DNA from: Octopus sinensis
Taxonomy: Eukaryota
DNA: 64,000 bases
Reading direction: 5' to 3'
Assembly: GCF_006345805.1 (NCBI RefSeq)
Contig: NC_043004.1
Coordinates: forward strand, 67,270,001-67,334,000
Shown here one piece after another: positions 41,351 to 55,060 of this stretch (position 1 is the first letter of the stretch; the number at the start of each line of letters is the position of its first letter). The notes beneath the pieces were generated by a model. The model made no database searches, was not told the DNA's origin, and was given only the letters and a program-made list of their open reading frames with translations. Made by a program: the position numbers and the translations under genes.

Positions 41351-42009
41351 TTAAGTCAGCATGCTCTGTCATCATCTGATCTTTATTTCTACATTAATTC
41401 GTGTACATTAATCATTTCCATTTCTTTCTTTAGCTTAAATTTTTTGCACATTACTATCATGGAACATCATCGAATATCGATTTAGTATAATGCTTATTTA
41501 CTATTGATTTTTATTGTTTTCTATTTGCTGTATACTTTTCATTTCACATTTTCTTTTTTATCAGCAAGCATTTCGCATCTGCTTGCCTATCTCATAGACA
41601 CTATCTCATTCCAGATTAAAATTTATTTTTCTATCGGTATTCTTGTATTTGAAAATTATCGAAAAAACACTTGCCATATCTAATCGATCCAAAAGATAAT
41701 GCATTTATATTTTGCTGCAGGTTTTACATATCTCAGTATATAACTGCAGATAGATATTGGCATGTGCATGTGTGTGTGCGTGTATGCGTGTGTGTGTGTG
41801 TGTGTGTACATGACAATCTATGCGATTATGTGTCACAATACAGGTTTCTTTAACATTATCAATGCTTCGCTCACTCCTATCTCTCGTTCGTCTTCTCCCT
41901 TCCCTTTCATACTTCCCTCTGCATATACTTTCTCTTTCTTTCTCTTTCTTTTTCCATATATATAAGCACATGAATATATATGCGAGCATGTACGTATGTA
42001 GTGTATGTA

Positions 42010-42068
<59 letters not shown>

Positions 42069-42237
42069 ATATATATATATATTATATATATATATACATA
42101 TCATACATACATATATATACATATACATACATACATATATATGAAAGCATGCATAATTCGTCATAAGGAGCTGAATAAAATTTTGATATGGACATGCAAC
42201 ATAAAAATATTTTAAACACTTACATGCAAACACACAC

Positions 42238-42324
<87 letters not shown>

Positions 42325-42359
42325 GGAGAGATAGATAGATAGATAGATAATAGATAGAG

Positions 42360-42406
<47 letters not shown>

Positions 42407-42445
42407 GTGATAGAGAGATAGATAGATATATAGATAGATAGATAG

Positions 42446-42525
<80 letters not shown>

Positions 42526-43336
42526 TTGTGTGAGCGATTTCTTAATACTGGTCTTATATGTAATCAAAATGTAGCTGAAAAAGCACAATACAACATTAGA
42601 GTATGTAACATATTTTCCATAAATTGTATATATCCTTTTAATTTCTTTAACAGTACTCGTGTGTGTTGTGTGTGTGCATGTGTGTGTGTGCATGTGTGTG
42701 TGTGCATGTATGTGTGTTTGTGTGTGTGTGTGTGTCTGTGTGTACGTCCGGAGCTTGTTTGTTTATCCGTACCTGACGGGTTTGCGTAAATTTACCAACC
42801 ACCAAATTATATCCTTGCGTTTTGCATAAATTTTAATCGAAAAATGTAATACACTAGATTGACCATTTTATGTTAAGATACCTTTAGAATTGTATAGGAA
42901 CTTAGTGACTTTTATTAATTCTTTAATACCCCACTGGCCGGATAAATACGCATATATTTATTCTTTAATTGCCTCGATTTTTCGCTTCTAGTTGTAATTT
43001 ACTTGTACTGTTCTGAATGAATCAATTCTCTCGTTTTTCTAGCCTTTACACATATTCTATCAAAAAGGTTCTGCAGTGGCTGCTTATTTCAGAGCAACCA
43101 TCATTGATCCGCTTTTATTGTAATGTTTTTCAGGATAACATTGTTTAATTCATCCGAATATATGTAATGTGCTGTGCTGTCATTTTGGAATCATTTGGCC
43201 GCAGTGCTCATCCAATCCATCGACGAAGGAGTGTGTCCTTTCCTTGATCGTTATTATGCTGTGATTTTCTATGTCTTGTCGACCAGGTCTATATAAGTAG
43301 AAAGAAATATCGACTGGATGCGAATATTGATAGAAA

Positions 43337-43617
43337 AAATGCAACTGTTTAAATAATAACGCATGTCCTTTTGCAAAAATGCAACTCTTTATATAATAAG
43401 GCATGTCCTTTTGCGAAAATGCAACTGTTTAAATAATAACGCATGTCCTTTTGCGAAAATGCAACTGTTTATATAATAAGGCATGTCCTTTTGCAAAAAT
43501 GCAACTCTTTATATAATAAGGCATTCCTTTTGCGAAAATGCAACTCTTTATATAATAAGGCATGTCCTTTTGCGAAAATGCAACTGTTTATATAATAAGG
43601 CATGTCCTTTTGCGAAT
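43337..43617. repeat. 40-bp minisatellite, 7 copies
   Basis: GCAACT at 43341, 43381, 43421, 43461, 43501, 43540 and 43580; unit AAATGCAACTGTTTATATAATAAGGCATGTCCTTTTGCGA; no spacers. Confidence 0.97.
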
Positions 43618-45102
43618 ATGTAATCATAGAAATTTTGTCTAGAAATGTACAGTATGTTCATGTGCGTACTTATATGCATATCTAAGTGCAACAAGTTACA
43701 GTTTCAAGAGTTGCTGGAGGATTCTCACAGCATCATTTACAAACCACTGCAAAAGACATTGGATATCACTCGCTGATACAATTTGATACTTCAAAGAGAA
43801 AAAGTAAAATTCAATACATCACGACTTGGTTAGTGATTCGAAATGCATATCCATATGATACATAGTCAAAAGCGTGTAACCTCTGCTTGGAAGAAACACT
43901 AGAAATAATATATGGCAATGATGAAATCTTTCTAAAATATAACTGTAGACGCAAAAGCTCATTCCTCGTATGTGGAAAAATGTGATATAAATCCTATATT
44001 CAATAAAACATGTAACCATAGGGCTTACCATGAATTAACGTTACATATGTTGCTACAGAACCCAGTTATATGATGAATATCACAGTACCATCATTATACA
44101 TGAATAGATTTATCCCCAAATGTAGAAATAATAGGTCTGAACAAATCCAGCAGAACTACACCGTAGCTTTTAGTTATGTTTTGTTGTGTATATACATAAA
44201 ATTCTGAATGAATGTTTATCTATAGGGGAAAAGAACTTACATAGGAGCGTATATATATATATATATATATATATACAACACACTAACAAACATTAACCAC
44301 ACACACACACACACACACAAACGGGCACTCATATACACACACCATCCTACCAAATTTTAAAAAACACACATTTACCCCACAATAGACCTTGGGACCAATC
44401 AAAAACAAACCCCCCGCACACACAAACACATGTATATATATACACACACACACAAAGACACACACACTCACACCATTCTGACCACCTTACAGGCACACAT
44501 ACACAACCGCACCATGCCAAATGCCAATCATACACATACCATACATACACACACACACAACACACAACAACAAGACAATCACACACACGGTTGACAAATG
44601 GAAACACATATACACAAACCATCCTACCAGGTTTTACAAACACACAGACGCATCTATTCACACCACATATGTATATACACACACACAAAAACATACACTC
44701 AAACCATTCTGACCTCTAAAGCCAATCCCCCAAATCATTGACGCTTGAAGAGGAGAAAAAAAGGAGAAATTCTTTTCAGTTCCACATTACTCCTCCTTCC
44801 CCCCACCCAAACACAACTACAGTCTCCCTTGAAATAGATTATATACTTTTATGTTAACATGGTTGACAGGTCTGTTTTAGTTTCTCTACTATTATAATGT
44901 AAACCTTTTTGAACTCATAATATTCTGTGCATGTATGCCAATATTCCACTGACTTTTTAATAATTCCTTTTGGAAATTATCTTGAGAATGTATATATTTG
45001 TTTTAATATATTTGTTGTAAAAGAACATCTTTTAAAATTGCATTTTCAAACCTTCTTTCGTATACAATTCCACTCGTGCGGTACCCTACAACTCCACTTT
45101 GT

Positions 45103-45150
<48 letters not shown>

Positions 45151-45295
45151 AGAGCAATAAAGATTCAAGTTAATTTTAAAAAATTTACTTGAATATGGTA
45201 CTTAACTTAGATGCACCAAAAAAAACTATATGATTTAACAATACAGTAATGTGGGGTGATTATAAGCGAGAAAGAAGCAACAAGAATGGATAGGT

Positions 45296-45385
45296 TTTTA
45301 GTACGATCGTTCATACAAGGACAGGTTTTATTAAAAGTTGCAAAGATTACAGCATATAAACGAGTCCCGTACTCATCAGCTAAAA
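45296..45385 (-). ncRNA. Type I hammerhead ribozyme with 1-nt core deletion (GAAC)
   Basis: Mirror of 47484-47574 but reads UAUGAACGAUCGUA instead of UAUGAAACGAUCGUA. Confidence 0.75.
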
Positions 45386-46830
45386 TACATGTAAGTTCTC
45401 TAGACATCCTAGTGTTTGAGGCTATACTCATGAAGTAATGTAGATAATTAAACAGATTTCTAAAGTTCATTAAAGTTCTTTAAAGATGATGTACAGTCTT
45501 ATCACAGAATTTTAAAAAAAGTTTTGATAGCATCACAGAGAAGGTGACCTAATCCATATGAATTTCCATAGATATGATGAGGGATTATATACTCACAGAA
45601 GACAAATTTATCCATTGTTAATTACAACGAGGTGGGTCTCAATTCCTGCTTATTAGCATTACAGAGAGGGTGAATTAATCCTTTGTATATATGCACAGAT
45701 TCCAATGGTGTAGATGTAAATTTCCAGAGAAATGGAGATGAATTTCATATTCACAGGCGATAAATTTTACAATGGTTGAACACAATGAGGTAGGTATCAA
45801 TCCTTGTCATATGATTAGGTATTTGCCACATTAATCACATTACTGCTATTCACAAGAGGCTGTAGCTATTTAACTCTTAAAGGCTGAAGGGCTTACTAGA
45901 TCGGCCAAGAATAGAGAAGGGAATAGAAGAGAAAAGAGAGAAAATAATGGAGGAGGGAGCAAAAAGGGGGGGGAAGGGGGACTAAAAGAGAAGAGAAAAG
46001 GAACAGAGAATAAGAAGAAGAAAAAGAAAAAAGAGAAAAGAGAAAGAAATAGGGAAAGAAGGGAAAAAAAGAAAAAGAAAAAAAGAGGGTTCTAGTTATA
46101 CAGAAGAGTTAGTAGACTGTAAGTCTGGTTTTAATCAACAGGCATCTAGGAACTAGAGGAGAATATTATTCTTTGACCAGTAAACCGTTATTTATTGCTG
46201 TTGAAATCAGCTATGAGTTTAAAGAGAATCTAAAGAGATAACACAGTCAGGGGTTAAGGGGTCAGATGCTAAAATCACCAGAAAAATACATTAGGAAAAT
46301 CTAAGTATAATCTTATCAAAAAGTCATTAAAAATTTACTTATTTGATTTATTCATTTTATTGTCTTAAGGAGTTGTCGTTATTATTCATACATTGACTGA
46401 CTACAGGTCAAATCTTATAAGATCATTTACAAGGTGTTAGGGGATTGTCTATCATAATGAAGATAATCATATTATCACCGAGGGAATAGCCTTATTTATT
46501 TAATTATGAAATAGAATTATGGGGCTACAGTAACTAATTATAATTTATTAGAGTTATGCTATTTAAATTAGATTAAGTTAGGAATTAAAATTAAATATTA
46601 CAATTAAGATTAAAATTAAGAATTTAAAAATTGTGAGTTTGAAATTAAATAAAGCCTCAATTAAGTAGCGAATAAGTACTATTCATTTCCCTGTTCTCAA
46701 AAAACTGATGCAGATATAAGGAAAAAGATAAAGATAACTGTAATGTGAGAACTCTTAGTTATCTACTTAAAGCAGTGCTATACTAGTAGAAATCAAGTTA
46801 TATCTATCTATCTAGTTATGAATATTCCAA

Positions 46831-47349
46831 TCATTTAAAATATTTTAAAGTCTTCAATTTAGCGTGGACACAAACTTGACCTAGTTCGATATGGTTATTC
46901 AATAAGTTTCTATGTTTACTATGCTTTAGAATTTCGTACGTCTCCATGGAGCATAGTTGACAACCAACCCTACTATTTTTATACGGGATTGCTCTCCTAA
47001 CTATTTCCCAATTAAGGGTATAATTTTTATTATTATTTTTGAGTTCCCAGATTTTGTTTGAAAGTGTGGTGGTACCAGCTTTATGACGTAATTTAAAAGT
47101 CGAGATGTGATTTCTAACTCTGGCTAAAAAATTAATTGTACAGCCAATGTAAAAATATTTGTTATTCTCCGTGGATATGGTACATTTATAGATTACATTA
47201 TTTTCCCTACATAGACCAGGTGCCGGGCATTTTGATTTTATTCTACACTTACACACAGGAGGAACAACTTCAGGCCTTGGGTTATTCCTGGGTAGATGTT
47301 TAAGGTTCCTATTATTTTGATTATCATTTCTATAGTTGGTGCTGATATA
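46831..47349 (-). CDS. C-terminal GIY-YIG endonuclease domain of the Penelope-like element (RT missing)
   Basis: Open frame with CKCRIKSKCPAPGLC (CxCx5Cx5C), NVIY...YIGCT, RVRNH, CQLCSME, LLN..E and CVH. Confidence 0.9.
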   Translation of the reverse strand, partial: YISTNYRNDNQNNRNLKHLPRNNPRPEVVPPVCKCRIKSKCPAPGLCRENNVIYKCTISTENNKYFYIGCTINFLARVRNHISTFKLRHKAGTTTLSNKIWELKNNNKNYTLNWEIVRRAIPYKNSRVGCQLCSMETYEILKHSKHRNLLNNHIELGQVCVHAKLKTLKYFK

Positions 47350-47483
47350 TTTTTTAAAATTCTGTGATAAGACTGTACATCATCTTTAAAGAACTTTAAT
47401 GAACTTTAGAAATCTGTTTAATTATCTACATTACTTCATGAGTATAGCCTCAAACACTAGGATGTCTAGAGAACTTACATGTA

Positions 47484-47574
47484 TTTTAGCTGATGAGTAC
47501 GGGACTCGTTTATATGCTGTAATCTTTGCAACTTTTAATAAAACCTGTCCTTGTATGAAACGATCGTACTAAAA
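47484..47574 (+). ncRNA. Type I hammerhead ribozyme, intact core
   Basis: Stem I UUUUAG/CUAAAA; CUGAUGA 47490-47496; stem II GUAC/GUAU with a long insert; GAAAC 47557-47561; palindromic ACGAUCGU; cleavage after GUA at 47568. Confidence 0.9.
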
Positions 47575-47625
47575 ACCTATCCATTCTTGTTGTCTTTCTC
47601 GCGTATATATATATATATATTATAT

Positions 47626-47690
<65 letters not shown>

Positions 47691-47741
47691 GTATGTATAT
47701 ATCAATGTATGTACATGTGCGTGTCTTTGGTCTTATATATA

Positions 47742-48839
47742 TACTCACCTGATGACATGCATGATATGGAATAAATCCTGCTCATTCAATCATCTTGTAC
47801 AACAATTCATTTGTGTAAACTCTGCAGCCAATACCTATTTCATTACTACCCACAAGGGGCTAAACTCAGAGAAGACACACAAGGACAGACAAACGGATTA
47901 AGTCGATTATATCGACCCCAGTGCGTAACTGGAACTTATTTTATCGACCCCGAAAGATGAAAGGTGGTGCTATTAAGGTAGACATGGCCTGGACCAATCT
48001 CTGGTCGAAATATATCTAAGTTTATCTAAGTCTAAGTTTATATATATAAACGCACACGTGTCTGTGTATGTATGTGTATAAGTGTGTATTTATCCACGCA
48101 GCATATACATGAATATACCCGTACGTACAATGGTGCGTACGAGTTAATCTTCTTGGTTTAATGACCTCTGTTAATGACTGGTAGGACAATTGTGATGAGA
48201 CCCTGTAACAACCACATGTAAGTTTACAAGCAGACAAATCGAAGTATGCAAGTAGAGAGGATTTGTATCCCGCTGTGATAACGAACTGACCACACGCCAA
48301 TGATTTCCTTCCAAATATAATGTTGACATACAATAAGTAGGTGATATTCTCCAGTCTATATATCTATTGTAATATAATTTTAGGGTGTGCAACCATCTTT
48401 TTGAAGCCGAGACATGTGCTTGCTTAAGAATGGAGTGAATGAGGGGTTTGCTTATTCTATATGTTTAATTTTTTTATTTCCATTATTCTAGAATGTGACC
48501 GTGGTAGGGTTTACATTTTTTTTTTAATTACCGTGTTGCTCTTGTATTATGAATGCTAAAAATAAAGTATAAAAAACATGGGAGAATCTGAAGACGATCC
48601 GGATGTGTTTATCGCCCCTACTCACCTGATGACATGCATGATATGGAATAAATCCTGCTCATTCAATCATCTTGTACAACAATTCATTTGTGTAAACTCT
48701 GCAGCCAATACCTATTTCATTACTACCCACAAGGGGCTAAACTTGGAAGACACACAAGGACAGACAAACTGATTAAGTCGATTATATCGACCCCAGTGCG
48801 TAACTGGAACTTATTTTATCGACCCCGAAAGATGAAAGG
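47742..48839. repeat. About 222-bp direct repeats (47742-47964 and 48619-48839) flanking a 654-bp insert
   Basis: TACTCACCTGATGACATGC...GATGAAAGG is present twice; the SINE continues only after the second copy. Confidence 0.92.
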
Positions 48840-48940
48840 CAAAGTCGACCTCGGCGGAATTTGAACTCAGAACGTAACGGCAGACGAAATACTGCTAAGC
48901 ATTTCGCCCGGCGTGCTAACGATTCTGCCAGCTCGCCGCC
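48712..48940 (-). mobile_element. SINE family B, full-length
   Basis: Head GGCGGCGAGCTGGCAGAATCGTTAGCACGCCGGGCGAAATGCTTAGC, B box GAGTTCAAATTCC, body GGTCGACTTTGCCTTTCATC. Confidence 0.92.
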
Positions 48941-49079
48941 TGGTGGCCAATACCGTTTCTCCGCTTTTATATTTGCATCTTCATTTATATTTTACTTGTT
49001 TCTGTCATTTAATTGCAGTATTTCATCACATGAATCAACCCCACTAATTTTATTTTAAGCCTATTACTTATTCTATCAT

Positions 49080-49278
49080 TTCTGTAGCTGAACCGCCAAG
49101 TTATGGTGACACTAACACACCAATTATGAAGCGGTTTAGGATAACCACACACACATTCGTTCAGATGCACTCGCCGCCTGACACTATACTAGAAAACACT
49201 TGCCTAAGATGCCAAGCCCTGGGACTATACCCGGAACCCTATCGTTGGCAAGGAGACTTCTTATCACATAGCCACCTG
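49080..49278 (-). mobile_element. SINE, family A-related head, degenerate
   Basis: Minus strand GGTGGCTATGTGATAAGAAG...GGTTCCGGGTATAGTCCC...CATCTTAGGCAAGTGTTTTCTAGTATAG. Confidence 0.7.
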
Positions 49279-49462
49279 GAAACAAATTTTATCTGATAAT
49301 ATATCGGTATCACTAAATATTCTTCAATTTATATAATGCTATTTCTAACTTACAATCGAGACATTAAAATAAAATCGGACTCCATTTATTATATATCTCG
49401 GTTTGACTCTGAGCCTAATTCTGTCACTCTCTCTCTCTCTCTCACTCTCTCTCTCACTCTCT

Positions 49463-49494
<32 letters not shown>

Positions 49495-50033
49495 AACCTA
49501 TCTACCTCTACCATTATCTATTCCTCTATCACGTTTTTTTTCTATCTTTCACTATCTTTCCATCTCTGGAACGTTAGTTATTTATCTCTTACACTCTCCC
49601 CATCGTTCTATTGATCTAGCTAGCAGCAATTCTAATCATTGATTTTCACATACCTATCGCTCTACCTACGAATACGTCTCCGTCTCAGTATGAGACGAAC
49701 ATTTACGTACACATATAACTATTCATATTCACTTATTAAACACACGTCATGAATATACACCCAATCTCTCACCACACATACATAACTTTATTGCTCTCTC
49801 TCTCTCTCTCTCCCTCTTTCCCTATCTCTGTATATCATTATTATTATTATATATATGTAAACATTTATATATATATATAAGTATAAAAAAAGGAATGTAT
49901 ATATATATATAATATATATATATATATATAATATATATATATATATATTGTAAGAGAGAAGGTAGAACCCATAAATGCATCTACGTATTTATAATTGAGT
50001 GTCTAGGTGTGTGTATGCGTACATATATCTATA

Positions 50034-50083
<50 letters not shown>

Positions 50084-50457
50084 ATATAATATATATATAT
50101 ATACACTTACATACATACGTTCATACATAAAACCACGCAGGCAGATTTTGTTTTCGTGTGTGCGAATAGATATCCATGAAGATTTGTACCCTTTAATCTA
50201 AAAATCATTATTTTTTTCATCCAATTTCTTACATCGTTTTATTCTTTCTAGCTTCTTATTTTCCCTCTCATGCTCCACAATAACTGCTGTTTTCAATTAA
50301 GCCTGGTATGAGATTTTATTTATTGAATTTTACTGCATTTTTTTTATTAATCTTGCTGTCTGTTCGATCGAAGATAATTATTCTTTGCATGTAATCGTAA
50401 TGTGTAGTACATCTGTTAAAACTCAGTTTGATGATACATATACACGTGTATATATAA

Positions 50458-50496
<39 letters not shown>

Positions 50497-50526
50497 TGCA
50501 AATATATATATGTATATATATGTACA

Positions 50527-50574
<48 letters not shown>

Positions 50575-50767
50575 ATATATACACATATAGTGAGAGACAG
50601 AAAGAGAGAAATATATGTCTGTATGCGTGATTGTGTATGTATAGATATGTATATGCATTTACATGCGTGCTTATATATATGCATATATGTATATACGCAT
50701 ATATATATACACAAACACATGTATATGCATATATATGTTTCTGTGTATATATATATATATATTTGTG

Positions 50768-50811
<44 letters not shown>

Positions 50812-51120
50812 TAAGTATGTATGTATATTTTCATGTATTTATGTATGGATGCCTATTAGTATATCTGTCTTACGCACAGGCATTTCTATCATGCCTGCAA
50901 ATCCAGCCATGCCTATTAGACACCCTATTAAGCACACACAGTGAATGCCCGTATGGTCTTCCTTGTCGCTGGAAATAAGAGGTATAAGAGACAACACATC
51001 TTTCATAATAACTTTATATTCTTAAATAAATAATTGAAAAACCTACTGGTTTAGATGTTCTAAATTCTTTTGCTCATATCATGATTTCCTCGATCAGGAG
51101 TTTTCTGTCGCTAAATAATT

Positions 51121-51165
<45 letters not shown>

Positions 51166-51634
51166 ATGCATATGTCAATGTATGCTGCTGTGTATATATG
51201 TATATGCGTGAGTTTGTGAGGTGGTTAGCCACGAAATATGTTGAAAGTGCATAGACGTGAATATCGCCCCATATTTTTATATTTTTCGGGCTGCTGGCTC
51301 TCAGTAAAGCACAGCAGCTGAATATTCTAAACACGATATAAAATCTAATTCCATTCGTATACATACGTACAGGAACTTATTTCTTATTACTCCTGTCAGA
51401 GAAGTGCTATCGCAAATTCCATGTGAATATACATGCCTAATGCTCTATGGTTACGTCATTATATTTAGCTTGTTTTCGTCACTGCACCTAATTTTTACAT
51501 AATTCTAGGGCACCTTTGTGTGTCAAGGGTTTGTGTCAGGCTCACCAAATTTCACATGAAAGCGTTCTGTTATTTCCATATCAAGATTGCTTTTATCGTC
51601 GCTTTTCTACCTATTTTGAACTGTTGTTAATCAA

Positions 51635-52050
51635 GGCGCAAGGGTGGCTGTGTGGTTAGAAGCTTGCTTCCCAAACACATGATTCCAGGTTGAGTCCCAC
51701 TGTGTGGTGCTTTGGGCGTCGTCTTCTACTATAGCCTCGGGCCCACCGAAGCATTGTGAGTGGATTTGCTTGACGGAAAACTGGAAGAAGCTCGTCTTAC
51801 ATGTATGTTTATATAAATATATTTGCTTGATTTTGTGTCTGCGTTTGTCCCCATCGCCGCTTCACAATCGATGTCCGTGTGTTTAGGTCTGCGTAACTTA
51901 CCGGTTCGACATAACGGGTTGATAGAATAAGTACCAGGCTTATTCTACTCATTCGTACTCCTGGGGTCGATTCTTTCGACTATAATTTCAAGGCGGTGCC
52001 CTAGCATGGTCGCAATCTAATGACTGAAACAAGTAAACGATAAAGATTAA
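51635..52050 (+). mobile_element. SINE family A, full-length (tRNA head, CORE-like segment, LINE-like tail)
   Basis: A box TGGCTGTGTGG, B-box-like GGTTGAGTCC, tail GGCGGTGCCCTAGCATGGTCGCAATCTAATGACTGAAACAAGTAAA. Confidence 0.92.
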
Positions 52051-52054
52051 AGGC

Positions 52055-53010
52055 ATATCACAGTATCGACTACAGCATCGGGTGCTGTTACATACCGCTG
52101 ATCACTATCCGCTTCCAATTCCGTCTTGGTTACACCATTCTTTTCCACCTTGATTTAAATTGTTTAAGTAGAGCGCCTTCCCATCATCATAGATGCCTTA
52201 CAAGTGACCTTTCCGGATCTAAGGGATACCTTTTGTCAACTGCACGGGTCCACATGCTGTCGCTGAACGTTGCAGCCTTGCAATATAAGCGGCTGGGTGG
52301 AACTTAGCCATTCGGTCGTCTCCGATCACATTGTTCGTTCCGCTTTGTTCTCGAATTATCACGTCACATATCTCTCAGAATACTATTCCTAGCATGAATC
52401 TTTCCATTATCCTTTGCATCGTAGCCAGTCGATTATCTATCCGATTAGTAGTAGTCCACATCTCATTTGCGTATAAGAGATTCGGTGGTATTGAAGACAT
52501 AACTCTGACAAGTATGATATTGTCTACTATTATTTTGAACACATCATTTTTTTTAGCTAAATGCCTTCCATCCTGCCCTTAATGACTTTTGAGTTTTCAG
52601 CACCCATATCTCGGAGACAATTCACGTTGGGTTCTAAGTAGAGATACTCTTTTGCCTCTTCGATTTCATCGCTGCCAAGGTCAATTCACCCCAGCTCAAT
52701 CCTTCCACATATATTCTGTTCACTTGCGGTTCATTTTGAGATCTACTGTTAAGCTCTCAGTCTCCTGCCCTGCCTGCACGGTTTAAAACTTCTCTATGTA
52801 CCGCTAGGTACATTTCCATCTGCGAATCTCAGCTGTTTTAGATTCACGTTATAGATGAACACGCCTCTTGTCCTTCAAATGTTCATGATGACCATTTCTA
52901 GGCATGCGGTAAAGAGCTTTGGATATATAGTATATCCTTGCTTGACATTTTTCTCTATTTCTGAAACAAATCCACGGATATTGTTCTACTGCTATTGATT
53001 TTGTTTAACA
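52055..53010 (-). mobile_element. RTE-clade LINE 3' fragment, decayed
   Basis: Minus translation echoes EKNVKQGYTI (cf. KGVRQGDTI), EIEEAKEYLYL, LLYANEMWTTT and LATMQRIMERFMLGI. Confidence 0.8.
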
Positions 53011-53446
53011 CCAGATCACATTCATTCTAATAGATCTGTTATTGCAATGCTGGATTATACTGCAATTAAATGCATTCTTGCTCAGAGATGAATTTAGGTT
53101 TCAGTCGTCTGAATCATCCGGAATTCTTATAAACATTTCCAAATTTTGTTGATAATTTCTGAAGGCCGATGTCTTTTAGAGTATAAAGTAATATAAATAA
53201 ATATTTGGAATTAGAATTCATTAAGGGATTTCTTTTCTTTCGTACAACAGCAGGAAGCAATATAAAGGAAGTTTGGGTCCTATTTAGATCTGACTATATA
53301 TAGGCTTCTTTGTTATTATATATCTTGATGGATTATCTAGTTATGAAGTAAAAAACAATTTTGCATGTGTGGAATATAACTCAATCAATGGTTTTAAGGT
53401 GCAAATAGACTTTCATGTCAGCATTTTATGATTAAGTTTTTGATAA

Positions 53447-53590
53447 GGTCGTCGAACTGGCAGAATTGTTAGTACACCGGATTAAATGCTTGGTGATAAT
53501 TCTTGTGCATCTTTACGTTCTGATCTCCAATTCCGCCAAGGTCGGCTTTGCCTTTACCCATTTCTGTGGCGATAAAATACATACCAATCA
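53447..53590 (+). mobile_element. SINE family B, degenerate
   Basis: GGTCGTCGAACTGGCAGAATTGTTAG...AATTCCGCCAAGGTCGGCTTTGCCTTT. Confidence 0.8.
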
Positions 53591-53759
53591 AGTCCCTTCC
53601 TCCCAAAACAGCTAAACTTAGGCCACAATTGAAACCAGTATACAAAGAAAATTATATGGTAGAACTTATAAATTATAAAATGCTAGATCAATGGTAGAAC
53701 ATATAAATTATGAAATGCTAGATCATTAATAATCAAGGACATTATTACAGAGTGTAATT

Positions 53760-55060
53760 ATTACGATTCTACAAGATTATATTTCATAGAAATAATTGTG
53801 CGTGGGTACGGGACGCAAATGTCGGTGTTCATGTAATCTTGCATCACTGACATTTCTCAAATAATAAATGTTTCCTTAAGACTCCACCTTTTCATACAAG
53901 AGAATATTTCATCAATGAATCTTTGCATGACCACCATATCTTAGACCTAAACTACATTTTGTTCTTCTAAAGCACAAAAGTTTCCAATGAGAAATTCTGT
54001 GGAGTTATTGAAGAATACGAAATGGAATGAAAAGAATTCTTTCAAAAACTAATTAACCGTTCATTGTAAATTTGTAAGTTATATTCTTGAATATATTGAC
54101 ATTGTTTCCTGGTCAATTGAAATTCGTTAATTTCTTCACACATGTAAAACTTCAAGACCAATGACGTCGCATTCAAATGCTAAGACATGAAGAAGCTTTT
54201 AAATTGTATTGATTCATTGGAATTTATGCACACGAGGCATTGTAACAGTTTTCCGTGTGATTGACATCGAAAATTTCTTCACAGTGTAAGACAAATGGCA
54301 ATGATTGTGAGAATTCTTTAACACCAGGGAAAAACTGAGTCAGTATGATAATGACCAATGTTTTCCAACTGTGACCATCCCGTCTTATTTCACAAATCGA
54401 TAAATTCATTATAAAACTTGTCATCTCTTAACATTACAAATAGCCATTTAATTATATAGAAAAGGTAACAACATACATACACACAGAGATATTTTATAAA
54501 TATTTGTTGAATTGACCTAATCCGGCAAAAAGTACTACATCGTTGCTTCTACCAATAGATGAACAGAAATGATTCGGAACAAACAAAGGAAAATCTTCAC
54601 CACAAGCACCTAATGCATCTTTTTGCGTAAAGCTTCTCGACATAGGGTACTTCTTATACTTATCAGTAAATCACGCCCAAATTATGTATAATAGTTATTT
54701 TTCGTACCTAAGTCATCTTCTGAATATTGCAAAATTGACGGGTCCTTTCTAGGAGACGACTGAAATTTTGAAAATTAATAGCGTCAAAATATGAGGTTTT
54801 TGTTTCCGTATTACATCCTCTTGCAATCTTTAACGATCGGAATTTATGATAACTCAAAGGTGCTTCTATCGATTTTTATTGAGAAATTTTCATTTAAAAA
54901 ACTGGATAGAATTTTCGGCATACATGATTTGCCATGGTGTGATAGATAACAATATTGCTTTCTAAAAGGCATTAATATCAACTTTCTTAGATAATAACTT
55001 GTAATAACATTAACAGCCTCTGTTATGTACCTCTGTTCGTACATACGTGACTAAAGTCAT
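53760..55060 (-). pseudogene. Highly decayed hAT transposase (GTF2IRD2/Charlie-SPIN-like)
   Basis: Weak colinear motif echoes on minus (TSYYL..K..PF, GEDF, DG..TVGKH); many stops and frameshifts. By eye only. Confidence 0.4.

Larger units (their letters stand above)
45147..47602 (-). mobile_element. 5'-truncated Penelope-like element: GIY-YIG ORF end + about 1.6-kb pseudo-LTR + inverted pLTR copy
   Basis: Inverted repeat about 45266-45519 vs 47349-47602, a GIY-YIG ORF, hammerheads in both repeats, and (TA)n on both flanks. Confidence 0.9.

Noticed and set aside
43337-43617. CRISPR-like array
   Set aside because: The units are contiguous with no unique spacers, and the context is eukaryotic.
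44280-44715. AC-rich degenerate internal duplication
   Set aside because: Looks like decayed (CA)n or noisy consensus sequence; the repeat offsets are inconsistent.
47747-47775. CTGATGACATGCATGATATGGAATA (also at 48625)
   Set aside because: GAAT instead of GAAA, and no stem I or stem III.
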